The position numbers were made by a program, and so were the translations under genes. From Macrostomum lignano (Eukaryota), in the NCBI GenBank assembly GCA_002269645.1, contig NIVC01002735.1:62001-126000 (forward strand): a stretch of 64,000 bases of DNA, given 5' to 3'. Of this stretch, positions 48,270 to 62,445 are shown in pieces; positions within the stretch are counted from its first letter, which is position 1; each line of letters begins with the position of its first letter. The notes under the pieces are model-generated. The model did no database searches. It worked only from the letters and a program-made list of their open reading frames with translations, and was not told the origin of the DNA.

Positions 48270-49400
48270 GATGATGAGATTGGAAATCTGATGGTGAGAT
48301 TGGAGATCTGATGGTGAGATTAGGAATCGGATGGTGAGATTGGAAATCTGATGGTGAGATTGGAGATCTGATGGTGAGATTAGGAATCGGATGGTGAGAT
48401 TGGAAATCTGATGGTGAGATTGGAAATCTGATGGTGAGATTAGGAATCGGATGGTGAGATTGGAGATCTGATGGTGAGATTAGGAATCGGATGGTGAGAT
48501 TGGAAATCTGATGGTGAGATTGGAGATCTGATGGTGAGATTAGGAATCGGATGGTCAGATTGGAAATCTGATGGTGAGATTGGAAATCTGATGGTGAGAT
48601 TAGGAATCGGATGGTGAGATTGGAGATCTGATGGTGAGATTAGGAATCGGATGGTGAGATTGGAAATCTGATGGTGAGATTGGAAATCTGATGGTGAGAT
48701 TAGGAATCGGATGGTGAGATTGGGGATCTGATAGTGAGATTGGGGATCTGATAGTGAGATTGGGGATCTGATAGTGAGATTGGGGATCTGATGATAAAGA
48801 TTGGAGATCTGATGGGGAGATTGGAGATCTGATTGTGAGATTGGGGATCTGATGGTAAAGATTGGAGATCTGATGGGGAGATTGGAGATCTGATTGTGAG
48901 ATTGGGGATCTGATGGTGAGATTGGGGATCTGATAGTGAAATTGGAGATCTGATTGTGAGATTGGAGATCTGATGGTGAAATTGGGTATCTGATGGTGAG
49001 ATTAAGAATCGGATGGTGAGATTGGAGATCTGATGGTAAAGATTGGAGATCTGATGGGGAGATTGGAGATCTGATTGTGAGATTGGAGATCTGATGGTGA
49101 GATTGGGGATCTGATAGTGAAATTGGGGATCTGATGGGGCGATTGGGGATCTGATAGTGAAATTGGAGATCTGATTGTGAGATTAGAGATCTGATGGTGA
49201 AATTGGGGATCTGATGGTGAGATTAAGAATCGGATGGTGAGATTGGAGATCTGAAGGTGAGATTGGAGATCTGATGCTGAGATTGGAGATCTGATGCTGA
49301 GATTGGAGATCTGATGGGAGATTAGGAATCGGATGGTGAGATTGGAGATCTGATGGTGATATTGGGGATCTGATGGTGAGATTAGAGACCTGGTGGTGAG
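48270..49400. repeat. Mirror 20-bp satellite (~1.1 kb)
   Basis: Reverse-complement units GATGGTGAGATTGGAGATCT. Confidence 0.98.
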
Positions 49401-50213
49401 ATTAGAGACCTGATAGGAAGATCGGGGATCTGCTGGATTGCCAGATTTACTTTCTATGAAATGGTCAGGCACTGTAATGAATGTGACTGGCGCCAATTTC
49501 CAGTCACAGGCCCCGCACTTACAAACAACCTCTTCTCTGAGAGGGGACGCCGAAGCGAGATAGGGTGAAGCCTCTTTATAGGAGCTAAAAGTGGCCGGAA
49601 CGGTTTGGCCGGGGCGGAAGATGTTAAGCTGGAGAGCGCTGCTCTATAGTAAGGCCATGGCAAAGCATTTGGCTCAGAGGAAGCAAGGCTGAGTTGCCTG
49701 AGCTGTCACAGTTTGGGCCTCAAGTGGCCCTCTGTAACCTCGCAAAGGTTTTTCTATGGGCAAGTACAGACCGCCGACAGCTCCAGCCTTCCTGAGCTGG
49801 AAACTTGCTGCCGCAAGTAAACTGCGTCGCTTGATCAGAAAAAAACGGAGGGAAGTTACTTTACCGATTCTCCTTCCCTCCCGCGCTGTCCTTGTATCAC
49901 CGCCGGCTCAAAGCCTTCCTCAGCGGGACGATTTCGGGTGAACTGAGTCACGGCACAGCGCAGTGGCACACTGCTCAAGCAATCCTAAGTCCTCCAGTCC
50001 CCTCCAGTCCCTGTCCCCCGATCTGCTCTCCCCTCCTGGCCCCGGGCGAGTGCCTCCAATAGGATCATCAGAGCCGGGTTGGCAAATTGAGATGCCATTT
50101 TACTCAATTCCAAGCTCATTTTGATTTGGAGCTCCCAGTCCTGGCGGCTCGTCTCCCTCTCCTAATTCTTCTTCGGTAATCCCAGATTAGAGTCCACATT
50201 AGACCAGCTCTTA

Positions 50214-50822
50214 TTGAATGTAGCATCTTCGTCTATGTCATTCCCGCCTGAACTCTTGGCGACGACGGCCCTCCCGCCAACGAAGCTGTCATCAGCCGGT
50301 GTGGCCCCGTCAGCTCGTATCGCAGTGATATCCACAGCCGTGGCCGTGTCGGTCCTGGCCAGCTTATTGTTCACTGTCTGCGTGCTGAAGGCCGTTATTC
50401 AGACTCGACGAAGCGACAGTGACGATGACGAAGAATCTGACGCCGGTGTCCGCAGTCAGTGCTGCCGCTGCTGCTGTCCAAGGAGAACCGGCGGGAGCAG
50501 TCTTGATTGCAGCGACTGCGAAGCCGCATTGGAAGCGCCGACCGAACCGATCCTGCGGCAGGCGTCCTCAACTCTGCTGATTCCCTGCACGGAGGACCTG
50601 GTCGTGTCGAACTGGCGATGCGGACTGTCAGCAAGGGAAGCGTCCAGCACAACAGCGGCTGCGAGCTTCCTGTTGGTGCGGCAGGAGAGTGTGGACTGCG
50701 TGGCTGCGTCGGACGACGCCGGAGCTGCAGCGGCAGTGTCGCAAAGGTGGCGCAGCGGTCGTCGACCTGCAGGGGCTCATCAGCATGCTCAGCAGACGAT
50801 AAAACGAGAATTCTTTGTTTAG
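50214..50822 (+). CDS. Unknown single-pass membrane protein or terminal exon (202 aa)
   Basis: GC-rich ORF with a hydrophobic segment IAVISTAVAVSVLASLLFTVCVL, followed by an acidic patch and a CCRCCC cluster. No family recognised. Confidence 0.5.
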   Translation: MNVASSSMSFPPELLATTALPPTKLSSAGVAPSARIAVISTAVAVSVLASLLFTVCVLKAVIQTRRSDSDDDEESDAGVRSQCCRCCCPRRTGGSSLDCSDCEAALEAPTEPILRQASSTLLIPCTEDLVVSNWRCGLSAREASSTTAAASFLLVRQESVDCVAASDDAGAAAAVSQRWRSGRRPAGAHQHAQQTIKREFFV

Positions 50823-52796
50823 TTTCGTAAAAGTACTGGACCGTACAGCATTGTTTTCGACAAGGAGTACCGTACTACCTACTATATGTATATTGTACAG
50901 CGTACTTGCTTGTGCATGTACATTTGCAATGTAAATGTAAAGCTACTTTTATCACGGCCATGCATTGAGAAACAATGCATCTACCGAACCAAGAAACACT
51001 GTATTTCTCACCTTTAACCCACTATATTTACCCACTGTCATTTCCCTGTTTGCATGCGTGCATAGCTATGTACAGTTACTGCGGATTTACTGGAATCATG
51101 CTCAACAAATCATGGTCCTACATGTACATGTACAGTGTAATTGTTGCAGGAATTCGGGATCTCACGGAACCTGGTTTTTACTATTTAATTAGACTAAAAA
51201 TCATTCAGTAATCGAAAATTTCTTACATCTGACCTGGTAATGCCTATATTATCTGTACTTAATTTATAGTCAAGTAGTTCAGTGACAGACAAACTGTAAA
51301 TGTATATTGCACGTTTATACATGTAGTAGAATCAGCTATAAGTACTTATTGCATAACTTTATCTAAAACTTGATCCTCAATGCTAATGTTCTTTAATTAC
51401 AGAACTCTTATTCCCCTTTTTGCTTGACTCCGAGATCACATACGAGCGTAAAATCGTCCCAACTACTCACATTAGTCCACATTACTCACTTCTAGACGTA
51501 AATGTGCGCGCATACACCAGAATGTTAGATTTCTTTTCTTAGTTTTAATATCATAAATTTTATCTGTAATAATATTAATATCCTCAACCAAAGAATAGAT
51601 AAAGAATATTATTTATCTTTAATAATGAATAATATACACCAATGCTGATTTGTTTAAAGCTGCGCACTTAAATACCATGGATACCAAACAGCTATTTTAA
51701 CGTATAAAATTCATAACTTTTAACACCACGTGTCGTAACCCATATACTAAAATTAGCTATCTAAAACTCGTGAATAGAGCAAAGAATTAAAATAATATAA
51801 TTTATACAAGACAGAAGCATGATCCACTACACATTGATTCTATTGGTTTGATTTTTATTCTATTTAAGGATGATACATATATTTGCAACAATGCTTAAAA
51901 CGATGGACCGGACTGAAACACTCGGAAAGGCCGAAAAATCCTTAAAACGAGAAAGTCTAAGCTAAGTGATCAGTGTTTCAGTGACTAGCGAGATTGCAAG
52001 AAGTTTTGATTTTAACTAAAATGCCAGTATTTAATGGAGTTCTTTTCAGAAAATTATAGCCACATTGGCACAATATTTCATTGTCAAATATTTGAGTGAA
52101 TCTCTGGTATAATAAAATATACTCATATTCTCGTTTTCAATACTTCTCCCTTTATCAATTTACTCTGGATAAATATTCACTCACAAATAGAGATTTGTAG
52201 AGATCTTCTTAGGGACTGTCAAACAGGCAATATACCAACCAATAAAAATCTAATCAGATAAATTGTTAGCCAAACTTAAATCTAATGCATTTCATATTTA
52301 TACTTGTTTATTTATTTACAAAGGAAATTTATCTGGACTTTTACAACGGAATTTCAAACAAAATTGAACAGATATTGTTCTTTTACTGAATTAGTGTTCA
52401 ATTTTACCCATTTATTAATAATAATTTATTAACTAATTTATTAATAATGATTAGTTTGTATTTTGATGAAGTCTTTTATAAAATTACAATCATCCAAGCT
52501 AACAAGCTTTATATTTTGCACAGGGTGGACCGCTTATTACATATGAACCAATGATGGGTAAAAATAATCCAAATAACCACCTGAGTTGCAGAGTTTTCTG
52601 AAACGAAAATAGACTTTTTGCATCTACGTTTTTATCACATTGACTATCATTAATGATTTGCATGTAGAAAAATGAATTCGAGATAAAGACAATGGTAGAC
52701 TAACCATTTGATGCATGTATTGAGCTGGACTTAAAAATATTGAGTAGGATTTTTGTTACCATGCGGTCCGCAAACTGGCTCAGTTGCAGCCCCGCC

Positions 52797-53348
52797 ATGC
52801 CCAACGTAAAGCTGCTCAGCAGCGACAATGAGATCATCGAGCTGGACTCGGACGCTCTGCGGCTCTCCGAGCGACTCCGCCGGCTGGCCGACTACCCCGG
52901 CGGCGACGGCCACGAGATCCCCGTGCCGAACGTCACCTCGGCGACGCTACGTCGCGTGGCCACCTGGTGCGCGCACCATCGGGACGACCCGGCGCCGCCC
53001 GAGGACGACGAGAACCGCCTGCAGCTCGGCAGCGTCGCTAGCGGCGTCTACGGCGGTGGCAGGGGCGGCGCGGTCTTCAGCGTGTGGGACAGCGAGTTCC
53101 TCAACCTGGAGCCCGTCTGCCTGTTCGAGCTGCTGCAGGCCGCCGCCTACCTGGACGTCCGCGGCCTCGTTGACGCCTGCTGTCTGGCCGTTGCCGATAT
53201 GATCCGCGGCCGCGGCCCGGAAGACATTCGCAAAACCTTCAACATCAAGTGCGACCTGACGCCGCAGGAGGAGGAGCAGGTCAGGCAGGAGCTCGCCTGG
53301 TGCCACGACCCGCCGGAGGAGAAAAGCTCTGACTCACTGCCTGACTGA
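52797..53348 (+). CDS. SKP1: SKP1 family protein, second copy
   Basis: Mirror of 13617-14168, with GCCATG start. Two amino-acid differences seen in the Gly-rich loop (GSGGG vs GGGRG). Confidence 0.93.
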   Translation: MPNVKLLSSDNEIIELDSDALRLSERLRRLADYPGGDGHEIPVPNVTSATLRRVATWCAHHRDDPAPPEDDENRLQLGSVASGVYGGGRGGAVFSVWDSEFLNLEPVCLFELLQAAAYLDVRGLVDACCLAVADMIRGRGPEDIRKTFNIKCDLTPQEEEQVRQELAWCHDPPEEKSSDSLPD

Positions 53349-54957
53349 CTGACTGACTGACTGACTGACTGACTGACTGACTGACTGACTGACTGACTGA
53401 CTGACTGACTGACTGACTGACTGACTGACTGACTGACTGACTGACTGACTGACTGACTGACTGACTGACTGACTGACTGACTGACTGACTGACTGACTGA
53501 CTGACTGACTGACTGACTGACTGACTGACTGACTGACTGACTGACTGACTGACTGACTGACTGACTGACTGACTATCAACTCGTTTATTGAGGTATAATT
53601 CGCTGTTCTTGCCACAAGCACTTTTTCCATGTTGTTTCTTTTTACTGCGCTGGCCGCACTTGATTATGTAATCAATATAACTCCCAGCCAACATTACAAA
53701 GCTAACTTTTCTTCTCCAGTATTTTAAAGTAGCTTAAAAAATTGCTATAATTGCCATTGACAATTCACTGCTGTTGTGCAGCCAGCGTTTGTAGTTACCT
53801 TGTAATTTTTTTGGCTTTTTGCATTGCTATCGGTATTGCATTGCTATCGGTATTGCATTGCTATCGGTATTGCATTGCTATCGGTATTGCATTGCTATCG
53901 GTATTGCATTGCCATCGGTATTGCATTGCTATCGGTATTGCATTGCCATCGGTATTGCATTGCTATCGGTATTGCATTGCTATCGGTATTGCATTGCTAT
54001 CGGTATTGCATTGCTATCGGTATTGCATTGCTATCGGTATTGCATTGCTATCGGTATTGAATTGCCATCGGTATTGCATTGCTATCGGTATTGCATTGCC
54101 ATCGGTATTGCATTGCTATCGGTATTGCATTGCCATCGGTATTGCATTGCTATCGGTATTGCATTGCTATCGGTATTGCATTGCTATCGGTATTGCATTG
54201 CTATCGGTATTGCATTGCTATCGGTATTGCATTGCTATCGGTATTGCATTGCTATCGGTATTGCATTGCCATCGGTATTGCATTGCTATCGGTATTGCAT
54301 TGCCATCGGTATTGCATTGCTATCGGTATTGCATTGCCATCGGTATTGCATTGCTATCGGTATTGCATTGCTATCGGTATTGCATTGCCATCGGTATTGC
54401 ATTGCTATCGGTATTGCATTGCCATCGGTATTGCATTGCTATCGGTATTGCATTGCTATCGGTATTGCATTGCTATCGGTATTGCATTGCTATCGGTATT
54501 GCATTGCTATCGGTATTGCATTGCTATCGGTATTGCATTGCTATCGGTATTGCATTGCTATCGGTATTGCATTGCTATCAGTATTGCATATTGTCGGCTC
54601 TGAACTACTGAGAGAAGTGAATAAAATTCACTTTGACACAGACTGCGAACTTAATCAATGAAATCAATGAAATCAAGGATTGTGTGTCTTTCGGGCTGTA
54701 CACTTATTTCGCCAGCAAACGGCTCTTGCTTAAACGAGTTCGTTAGTAATTACTTAGTAGTACCTGGAGCCTTGCTAGACATGCCCAACTTAAAGGTCTT
54801 CTTTGCTCATCTGACACGTATACATTGAAATTTTGTTTCAATTTCAATGTATCTTTTATTTCTGTAAATGCCACTTGCGATCAAGTCAGTTCGAGCTTCA
54901 CACACGGAAACAGCAGCTCTTCAGAGATAATGAAACATATTGCCATTTACTCACAGC

Positions 54958-56790
54958 CAGTGCAATAATCCCTTTCTAAGCTAGTGCAATAATCCCTTTA
55001 TAAGCTAGTGCAATAATCCCTTTCTAAGCTAGTGCAATAATCCCTTTCTAAGCTAGTGCAATAATCCCATTCTAAGCTAGTGCAATAATCCCTTTCTAAT
55101 CTAGTGCAATAATACCTTTCTAAGCTAGTGCAATAATCCCTTTCTAAGCTAGTGCAATAATCCCTTTCTAAGCTAGTGCAATAATCCCTTTCTAAGCTAG
55201 TGCAATAATCCCTTTCTAAGCTAGTGCAATAATCCCATTCTAAGCTAGTGCAATAATCCCTTTCTAATCTAGTGCAATAATACCTTTCTAAGCTAGTGCA
55301 ATAATCCCTTTCTAAGCTAGTGCAATAATCCCTTTCTAAGCTAGTGCAATAATCCCTTTCTAAGCTAGTGCAATAATCCCTTTCTAATCTAGTGCAATAA
55401 TCCCTTTCTAAGCTAGTGCAATAATCCCTTTCTAAGCTAGTGCAATAATCCCTTTCTAAGCTAGTGCAATAATCCCTTTCTAAGCTAGTGCAATAATCCC
55501 TTTCTAAGCTAGTGCAATAATCCCTTTCTAAGCTAGTGCAATAATCCCTTTCTAAGCTAGTGCAATAATCCCTTTCTAAGCCAGTGCAATAATCAATGTC
55601 TCAGCAGGTGAAACAATCCATGTCTCAGCAAGTGCAACAATCCATGTCCCAGCCAGTGCAATAATCCATATCTCAGCCAGTGCAATAATCCATGTCTCAG
55701 CCAGCGCAATAATCCATATCTCAGCCAGTGCAATAATCCATATCTCAGCCAGTGCAATAATCCATGTCTCAGCCAGCGCAATAATCCATGTCTCAGCCAG
55801 CGCCATAATCCATGTCTCAGCCAGTGCAATAATCCATGTCTCAGCCAGCGCAATAATCCATGTCTCAGTCAGTGCAATAATCCATGTCTCAGCCAGCGCA
55901 ATAATCCATGTCTCAGCCAGTGCAATAATCCAAGTCTCAGCAAGTGCAACAATCCAAGTCTCAGCAAGTGCAACAACCCAAGTCTCAGCAAGTGCAATAA
56001 TCCAACTCTCAGCAAGTGCAACAATCCATGTCTCAGCCAGTGCAACAATCCAAGTCTCAGCCAGTGCAACAATCCATGTCTCAGCCAGTGCAACAATCCA
56101 TGTCTCAGCCAGTACAACAATCCATGTCTCAGCAAGTACAACAATCCAAGTCTCAGCCAGTGCAACAATCCAAGTCTCAGCAAGTGCAACAATCCATGTC
56201 TCAGCCAGTGCAACAATACAAGTCTCAGCAAGTGCAACAACCCAAGTCTCAGCAAGTGCAATAATCCAACTCTCAGCAAGTGCAACAATCCATGTCTCAG
56301 CCAGTGCAACAATCCAAGTCTCAGCCAGTGCAACAATCCAAGTCTCAGCCAGTGCAACAATACAACTCTCAGCAAGTGCAACAATCCATGTCTCAGCCAG
56401 TGCAACAATCCAAGTCTCAGCCAGTGCAATAATCAATGTCTCAGCAGGTGAAACAATCCATGTCTCAGCAAGTGCAACAATCCAAGTCTCAGCAAGTGCA
56501 ACAATCCATGTCTCAGCCAGTGCAACAATCCAAGTCTCAGCCAGTGCAACAATCCAAGTCTCAGCCAGTGCAATAATCAATGTCTCAGCAGGTGAAACAA
56601 TCCATGTCTCAGCAAGTGCAACAATCCAAGTCTCAGCAAGTGCAACAATCCATGTCTCAGCAAGTGCAATAATCCATGTCCCAGCCAGTGCAATAATCCA
56701 AGTATCAGCCAGTGCAATATCCATGTCTCAGCCAGTGCAACAATCCAAGTCTCAGCCAGTGCAACAATCCAAGTCTCAGCTAGTGACTGG
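54958..56790. repeat. Mirror of the compound 24-bp minisatellite
   Basis: Reverse complement, with different unit counts. Confidence 0.97.
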
Positions 56791-57916
56791 CTGAGACATG
56801 GATGCCAGGCCGAATCTGTGCGTCCCGTCGCCTCCCGCAGTTAAATTTACTCAGTGAGTCATGTGGCAAAGTGCCACTGAACTGATCTGAGGTTGCTTGG
56901 GGGTGTAGGGTTGCGTGGGCACGTTGATTATTGCTTAAGTATATGCACCTCATTGATTCCTAGTCCTTGCGTGTACGTGTATCGTGTACTAATGTACGTC
57001 GTGCCTATTAAATATATATGCGCGTGTGCTAACTAGCAGTCGCTCAAGTTTTCTCGAGAAGTTCTAACTTACTTAACCAGTGGAGTCCGCGTGAGCTATT
57101 ACAAGTCCCAACGCCTGACAGCATCTACAACATTACTCGTATAATATCTAGATCGGACTGTGGAGTGGGGACAGTAACGACCACAGTAACAGAATTGCCG
57201 GTTGTGCACGCGGACATGTTTTTATGTACATGTACAATCTTTTTTTGCACATACATTTTTCATTTTCACTAGCCGGAGACAAAGAATATTGAGTTACTGT
57301 GGGCGCTACTTTATAATGCAATCATTATTCAATTCCAGTCAGAATGGCTCTCAAGAACCAATATGGTTACGCAATGTAAATCAAATTGCAATGTAAATCA
57401 AACTAACAAGTTCCCTTGACCTTTGCGAAAAAGCATGTTTTTCAGATATTTAATCCCTTTAGAATTGAGCAATTTCTTAGCCAAAGCACATGCAGCATCA
57501 GGAAAAAATTCTGATTGAATGGTGCAAGTTTGAAGAAAATCGGTTGAGCCGTTTTTTCTGAAATCGATCGCATGCGCACCGACAAACCGTTTTAGTATTT
57601 TGAACTAGCCATTTAGCCCCCTCTGGGGAGCACAAGCAGAATTTCAGTACTTAGGAGATTGGATCATGATAGGGGTCATGGGGGTCATGGGAATCATGGT
57701 GGTAATGGGAGTCATGGAAGTCATGGAGGTCATGGGGGTCATGGGGGTCATGTGGGTCATGGGAGTCATGGGGGTCATGGGGGTCATGGGGGTCATGGGA
57801 GTCATGGGAGTCATGGGGGTCATGGGGGTCATGGGAGTCATGGGAGTCATGGGGTCATGGGAGTCATGGGAGTCATGGGGGTCATGGGAGTCATGGGGTC
57901 ATGGGAGTCATGGGAG

Positions 57917-58362
57917 TCATGGGGGCCATGATAAGATGGAAGATAAGGAAGCCCTGCTTCTGCCGGTGCTGCACCCATCCGTAACAGACCCCAGCCCACC
58001 GATAAGCACATAAGCATAAGCACCACCGATGGCAGTAGATGAGTCTTTGTACTCTCCGTTCGGGTGGGCGCAGTGACAGTTCTTGAACCACCAGCCACCT
58101 TTAAACACTTTTGCACAGTTGCCAGAGATAATGTCATGATCGGCGTCCTTCGTGCTGAACTGCATGCCGTTGCTCTGGGGGAGGCAGTCGCCGATGCCGG
58201 CGCTGCCGGAGAAGCCGGACACGCTCAGCCGGTAGTTGTCGGACTCAGGACCCACGGAGAAGCTGGAGTACTCAGCCCACTGCTCAGAGTCGTTCCACGC
58301 CTTCATCAGGATCCTCAGCTTCCGAGGACCAGAAGCAGTGAGAGCGTGAAGAGAGTTCAGGC
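57917..58362 (-). CDS. Fibrinogen-related domain C-terminal exon, right copy (open frame)
   Basis: ORF 57917..58306 carries the FSTKD, NCA, GGWW and NGEY FReD motifs uninterrupted. The acceptor is upstream, near 58362. Confidence 0.8.
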
Positions 58363-59404
58363 CTGGGAAGATGCGAGCAAGCTCTAGCTATTGACATCAC
58401 ACTTTCTACACCATCTCGCGTATGATTGGCTGCCCCCTCCCAGGTTGAATTGTGGTCGACCGTTCTGTTATTTAGTCAGTTCGATTGGCTGCTCCCTTTT
58501 TGGCTGCCAAAGTGCCAGTTTTGTAGCCCTGTTCTTTCTCCCTCAGGCCCCGGCCTGGCAAGTCTATTTATTGAGACCCTTTGCAAGCCGCCTTCTAAAA
58601 ATGTTCGAAGCGCTTCGGACTGCTCTCTTGGCGCTTGGGATTGGAGCCAGCCAGAGACAATCGGGAATTACTCGAGCATTCTGGTCTTCGGACTACTTAG
58701 TGTTGTTTATGCTTAAGTTAAGTAGAACGTGTCTGGTGGCAGCCTTCTCTGCATCGTTCGCGAGTGCAATAATCCACTTCTCAGATTTATTTTATACTTT
58801 GAGCTGGCATTTACACACAAATTTCACGCCAGGAAAAATTTACTTCCAGACATTCACGAGACCCATGCGAAGTTCTATGAATACAAACAGAAAAAAAAAT
58901 TTCTTTGAGCATACATAAAAAATTCCAAGCCTTTTCTAGCGGGTGCATACGCTGACACCAAAGCTCAGCAGAGAATGTCTGCCGTGTCCTACAGTGACCC
59001 ACGCCAACACCAAAGGCAGCTGTGAGTGCACCAAATGACACTCAAAATGACACTTACTCAAAATTCAAAGGCGCCTTCTGATGCGCGCTGTGTAATTTAG
59101 GGCTTCTTCTAGCAAAACAGCCGGAATGACTTATTTATCTCGCAAAAGAGGCTAGTTGAACTGGGCTTTCGCTGCGATTCAGATGATTCGGATAGATATA
59201 ACCAATAAATTGGATTGGATTGGGCCAATAACGCAGACGCAAGAAGCGATTGCGTATATAGGAAAGAGGTCCCGGCCGGTGGGCACATAAACATACGAGC
59301 GTAACTAGCCGTGATTAAGAAAGCAGCCAAACCTCCGCCCAGCCTAGGCCTGTCTGGCAGGCAGACAAACCCCAACCAATCAGATCGAGAGAACTCTAAC
59401 AGGG

Positions 59405-59900
59405 GTGCAAGCGAGGTACACAAACCCGGTTGTCAGAGTGCCATCGTTTAGCAACCAGGACCTGCGGGCCCAGACGCCGGATGATCTGTTAAGTTTCGCC
59501 GAGCCTTGTCGCCAGCTTGTGAGAGCCGTCTGTGGCCTGCGGACGCGCACGGAGTCACCAGACTGCAGTCGCGAGTATTGGGCTCCTCGGCGCCTTACAG
59601 CGACTCCTTCAGGATCCGGTTGAGGCGTCTGACGCTCGAGTTTGACTACCATCACATCACATGCTGCACGCCGTAGTAGCTAAATAGAACTCCCTCGACG
59701 GCGTAGCTGGTGAACTGAGCTAGGCTCGTTGTCGGTCCCGATCGCGCCTGGCAGTCCCCATCCAGCGAACAGGTCCTTGAAGAAATCGGCGCTGACCTTA
59801 GCCGTCACCGAAGCCGCAGCCCTCGGGCCACTTGAGATGCAAGTGCTTGAATTTACGCAGGGGCTTTCGGGGGCCGCGTCTCATCTGCCTTTCTGCACTG
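59405..59900 (-). mobile_element. Mirror copy of the gypsy integrase relic
   Basis: Reverse complement of ~7540-8030 with a few SNPs and indels. Confidence 0.8.
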
Positions 59901-61213
59901 TGTACGTATTACGCCACTAAATTTTTACACCTGTTTCACGTACATATATCCATACCTGATCTTTTTCTTCATCATTGGGTTTAGGCTTTTGTATAGAAAG
60001 GACCACTGTATATACAGTATATACAATATCTACGGCCAGCCTAGTATACTATATACTGTATACACTACAGTTGTCCTTGTAATGTTAAGCTAAAGGGTCT
60101 TGATAGCCATATAGCTTAGGGAAAAAGTTTGCTATTACGATTTTAACACATTGTTCTTAGAGCTTGTTAGTGTCTTATTCGTATAAATTATTCTTCTTAG
60201 CCCAAATGCTCCGACCTAAATCGTCTGAACAATTTTTGCCTTTAATTGCCATCTGAGTTCCCTTTAAATTGACAAGAAGTGAAAAAATACCGAAAACATT
60301 GCATAAAAACTAACAAAGCTATAAAGCAGAAATTCACAAAATTGTGTACCTTGTTAAAAAGTGCCTCAATAGTTTATTTTTAATTATTCAAGCCAAATTC
60401 TTCTCTTATTTTGAAAACTTTATTATTCTCTTGTGTAGCCAATTGCTATAGACTTTAAATCATAATATATATGAGATGAATTTGCTTATTTGGGTTAACA
60501 TTTTTGTTGTTGTTGTGGCTCTTCTTCTTTACTCCAACTCTCCTCATAAACATCGCGATCGACAAGCTCGGGCAGGCTGCAACTGTCGGAGTCTCTTCTC
60601 GCATTTGAAGCATTCAATATCAAAGGAAATAACTTATTTTTGTTATTTCCTCAAAAGCATGGAAATTAACATTAACAACATAAATCAACTCAAATGTATA
60701 CTGATCTACTAGGTAGCAAGTAACGTAAGTATTGCCTTTTAACTGAGGACTTCCATGCCTTACCGTTCCCGAGCGCAACACAACACAACACCTTCATGTA
60801 CCAGTGACTAAATCGCTTACTTTAGATTTGATCCTGCAACACCAGCAGTGAAATGAAATAAATTTTGTCATCCTAGACTGCAACTGACAGCTAGCGTCGC
60901 GTCTTGCCTCCCACTCCCACTCGCGAGTCGCCTCTTGCATGAATATGGTCTATAAAAAATTCATCTAGAAAAAGCAGTGCAAATCGAGCGATCAAAAGTT
61001 ATGCTCATTAGAATATCACATTTAGTTTAGAGTCTACAAAATTCAGCAAATAGCCTTAATAAAGCCAAGTAATGGTTAGTAACCTGATTCTAAACTATAG
61101 TATTGGTTATACTGATTGATAGCACCATAAAATATAGGCGTTAGGCCTACCTAATCTCATCCAACTATAAAATAATAATCAGTGCTAAAGTTTTTAGACA
61201 AACAATAAACCAT

Positions 61214-61594
61214 TTTTATTACTATCTATTAGAGGCTGGGGGGTTGTGTGCACCATGGTGCACTTTAAGCGACATAGGCACACAACTGGTGAGAGGCATT
61301 ACTGCCCATTCCGCCGACTCCCCTGAGTAGGCATACAAGTGTGCGGATATATACACAGGCACACACTCACACAGGAGTATACAGCGGCCCTAACTTTATT
61401 TTATTGTTAGGTATGTACACTTCATTGTGCCTTGGGAGGTTGGCTCTCAATGCCATTAATTGCATGAGCAGAGCCAAGCTGAGATTCCGATTCAGCCCCA
61501 AATTAATGTGACTGCACTTGGAATCGAGCCTAGGTTACTAGCACCCCAGAGCCTGCGCTAGACTACTGGGCTACAGCCTCCCTAACAATAGGCC
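61214..61594 (-). mobile_element. tRNA-derived SINE, present only in the right arm
   Basis: Minus-strand head has A box TAGCCCAGTAGT and B box GGCTCGATTCC about 43 nt apart, and an A-rich tail. TAAACCAT is duplicated at 61206-61213 and 61595-61602. The left arm has the empty site near 6225. Confidence 0.75.
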
Positions 61595-62230
61595 TAAACC
61601 ATATTTTAGCATCTTTAACTAGGCCTAAAATTTTTACTTTTTTAAGTCTAATTTAAAAATAGCTAGGCCCCTATCAATAAAAATGAATTAGGCCCCTATT
61701 GCTACAAGCCATACTTTAGGTTTTCATGGTATTTTTTAAGTAAATAAAAATAGTGCTAGGGCCTATATAATTAGCCATGCAAAATTTCTTTAATTATATT
61801 GTTAAAACTCATTAAGACATATTCTAGTCTTTAACATTTTTATTAAATAATATATATACATTCAACTAATATGCAACTTATAGACCTAATGTATAATTCC
61901 AATATCTTGTCTTCGTTATACTTTTTGCTATGAATTTTCTATTGACCTTATAGCATTTTAGTTATTTTGATCAACTATATCTAAAGTTAGCTATGAGATA
62001 AAATATAAAATATATATGAATACATTTAGGCCTATGTATAACAGGAATAATAAACCAAAAGAATATTTTGTATATCCAAATTTTTCAGTGGTATTGGCCT
62101 TATTCAAAATTAATATTTTTAGGGGATATTTTTTACTATTATTTATCTCATTGCTTACTGTGCCAATTGGAAAAATTCTTTCATAGAAATGTAGAGGAAA
62201 TAAGGTAGGGTATAGGGTAGATCATTAAAA

Positions 62231-62445
62231 TAGTGGTTCTCAACCTTTTTTTAGGTGACCATAATTTATTCACTTGCATTGTTTTTTAATGTTTGCAACC
62301 CCCTTTATAAATCAATATAATGCTTTATATTGATATAATTTCATCATTAAATATGACATACTCATACATTTCTTAGTGCTGCAACCCCTAGAAAATGGTG
62401 ATGCAACCCCACTAGGGGTCACAACCCGCAGGTTGAAAACTGCTG
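62231..62445. mobile_element. Mirror copy of the hAT MITE, TSD CATTAAAA
   Basis: TAGTGGTTCTCAACC...AGGTTGAAAACTGCTG flanked by CATTAAAA on both sides. Confidence 0.8.
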
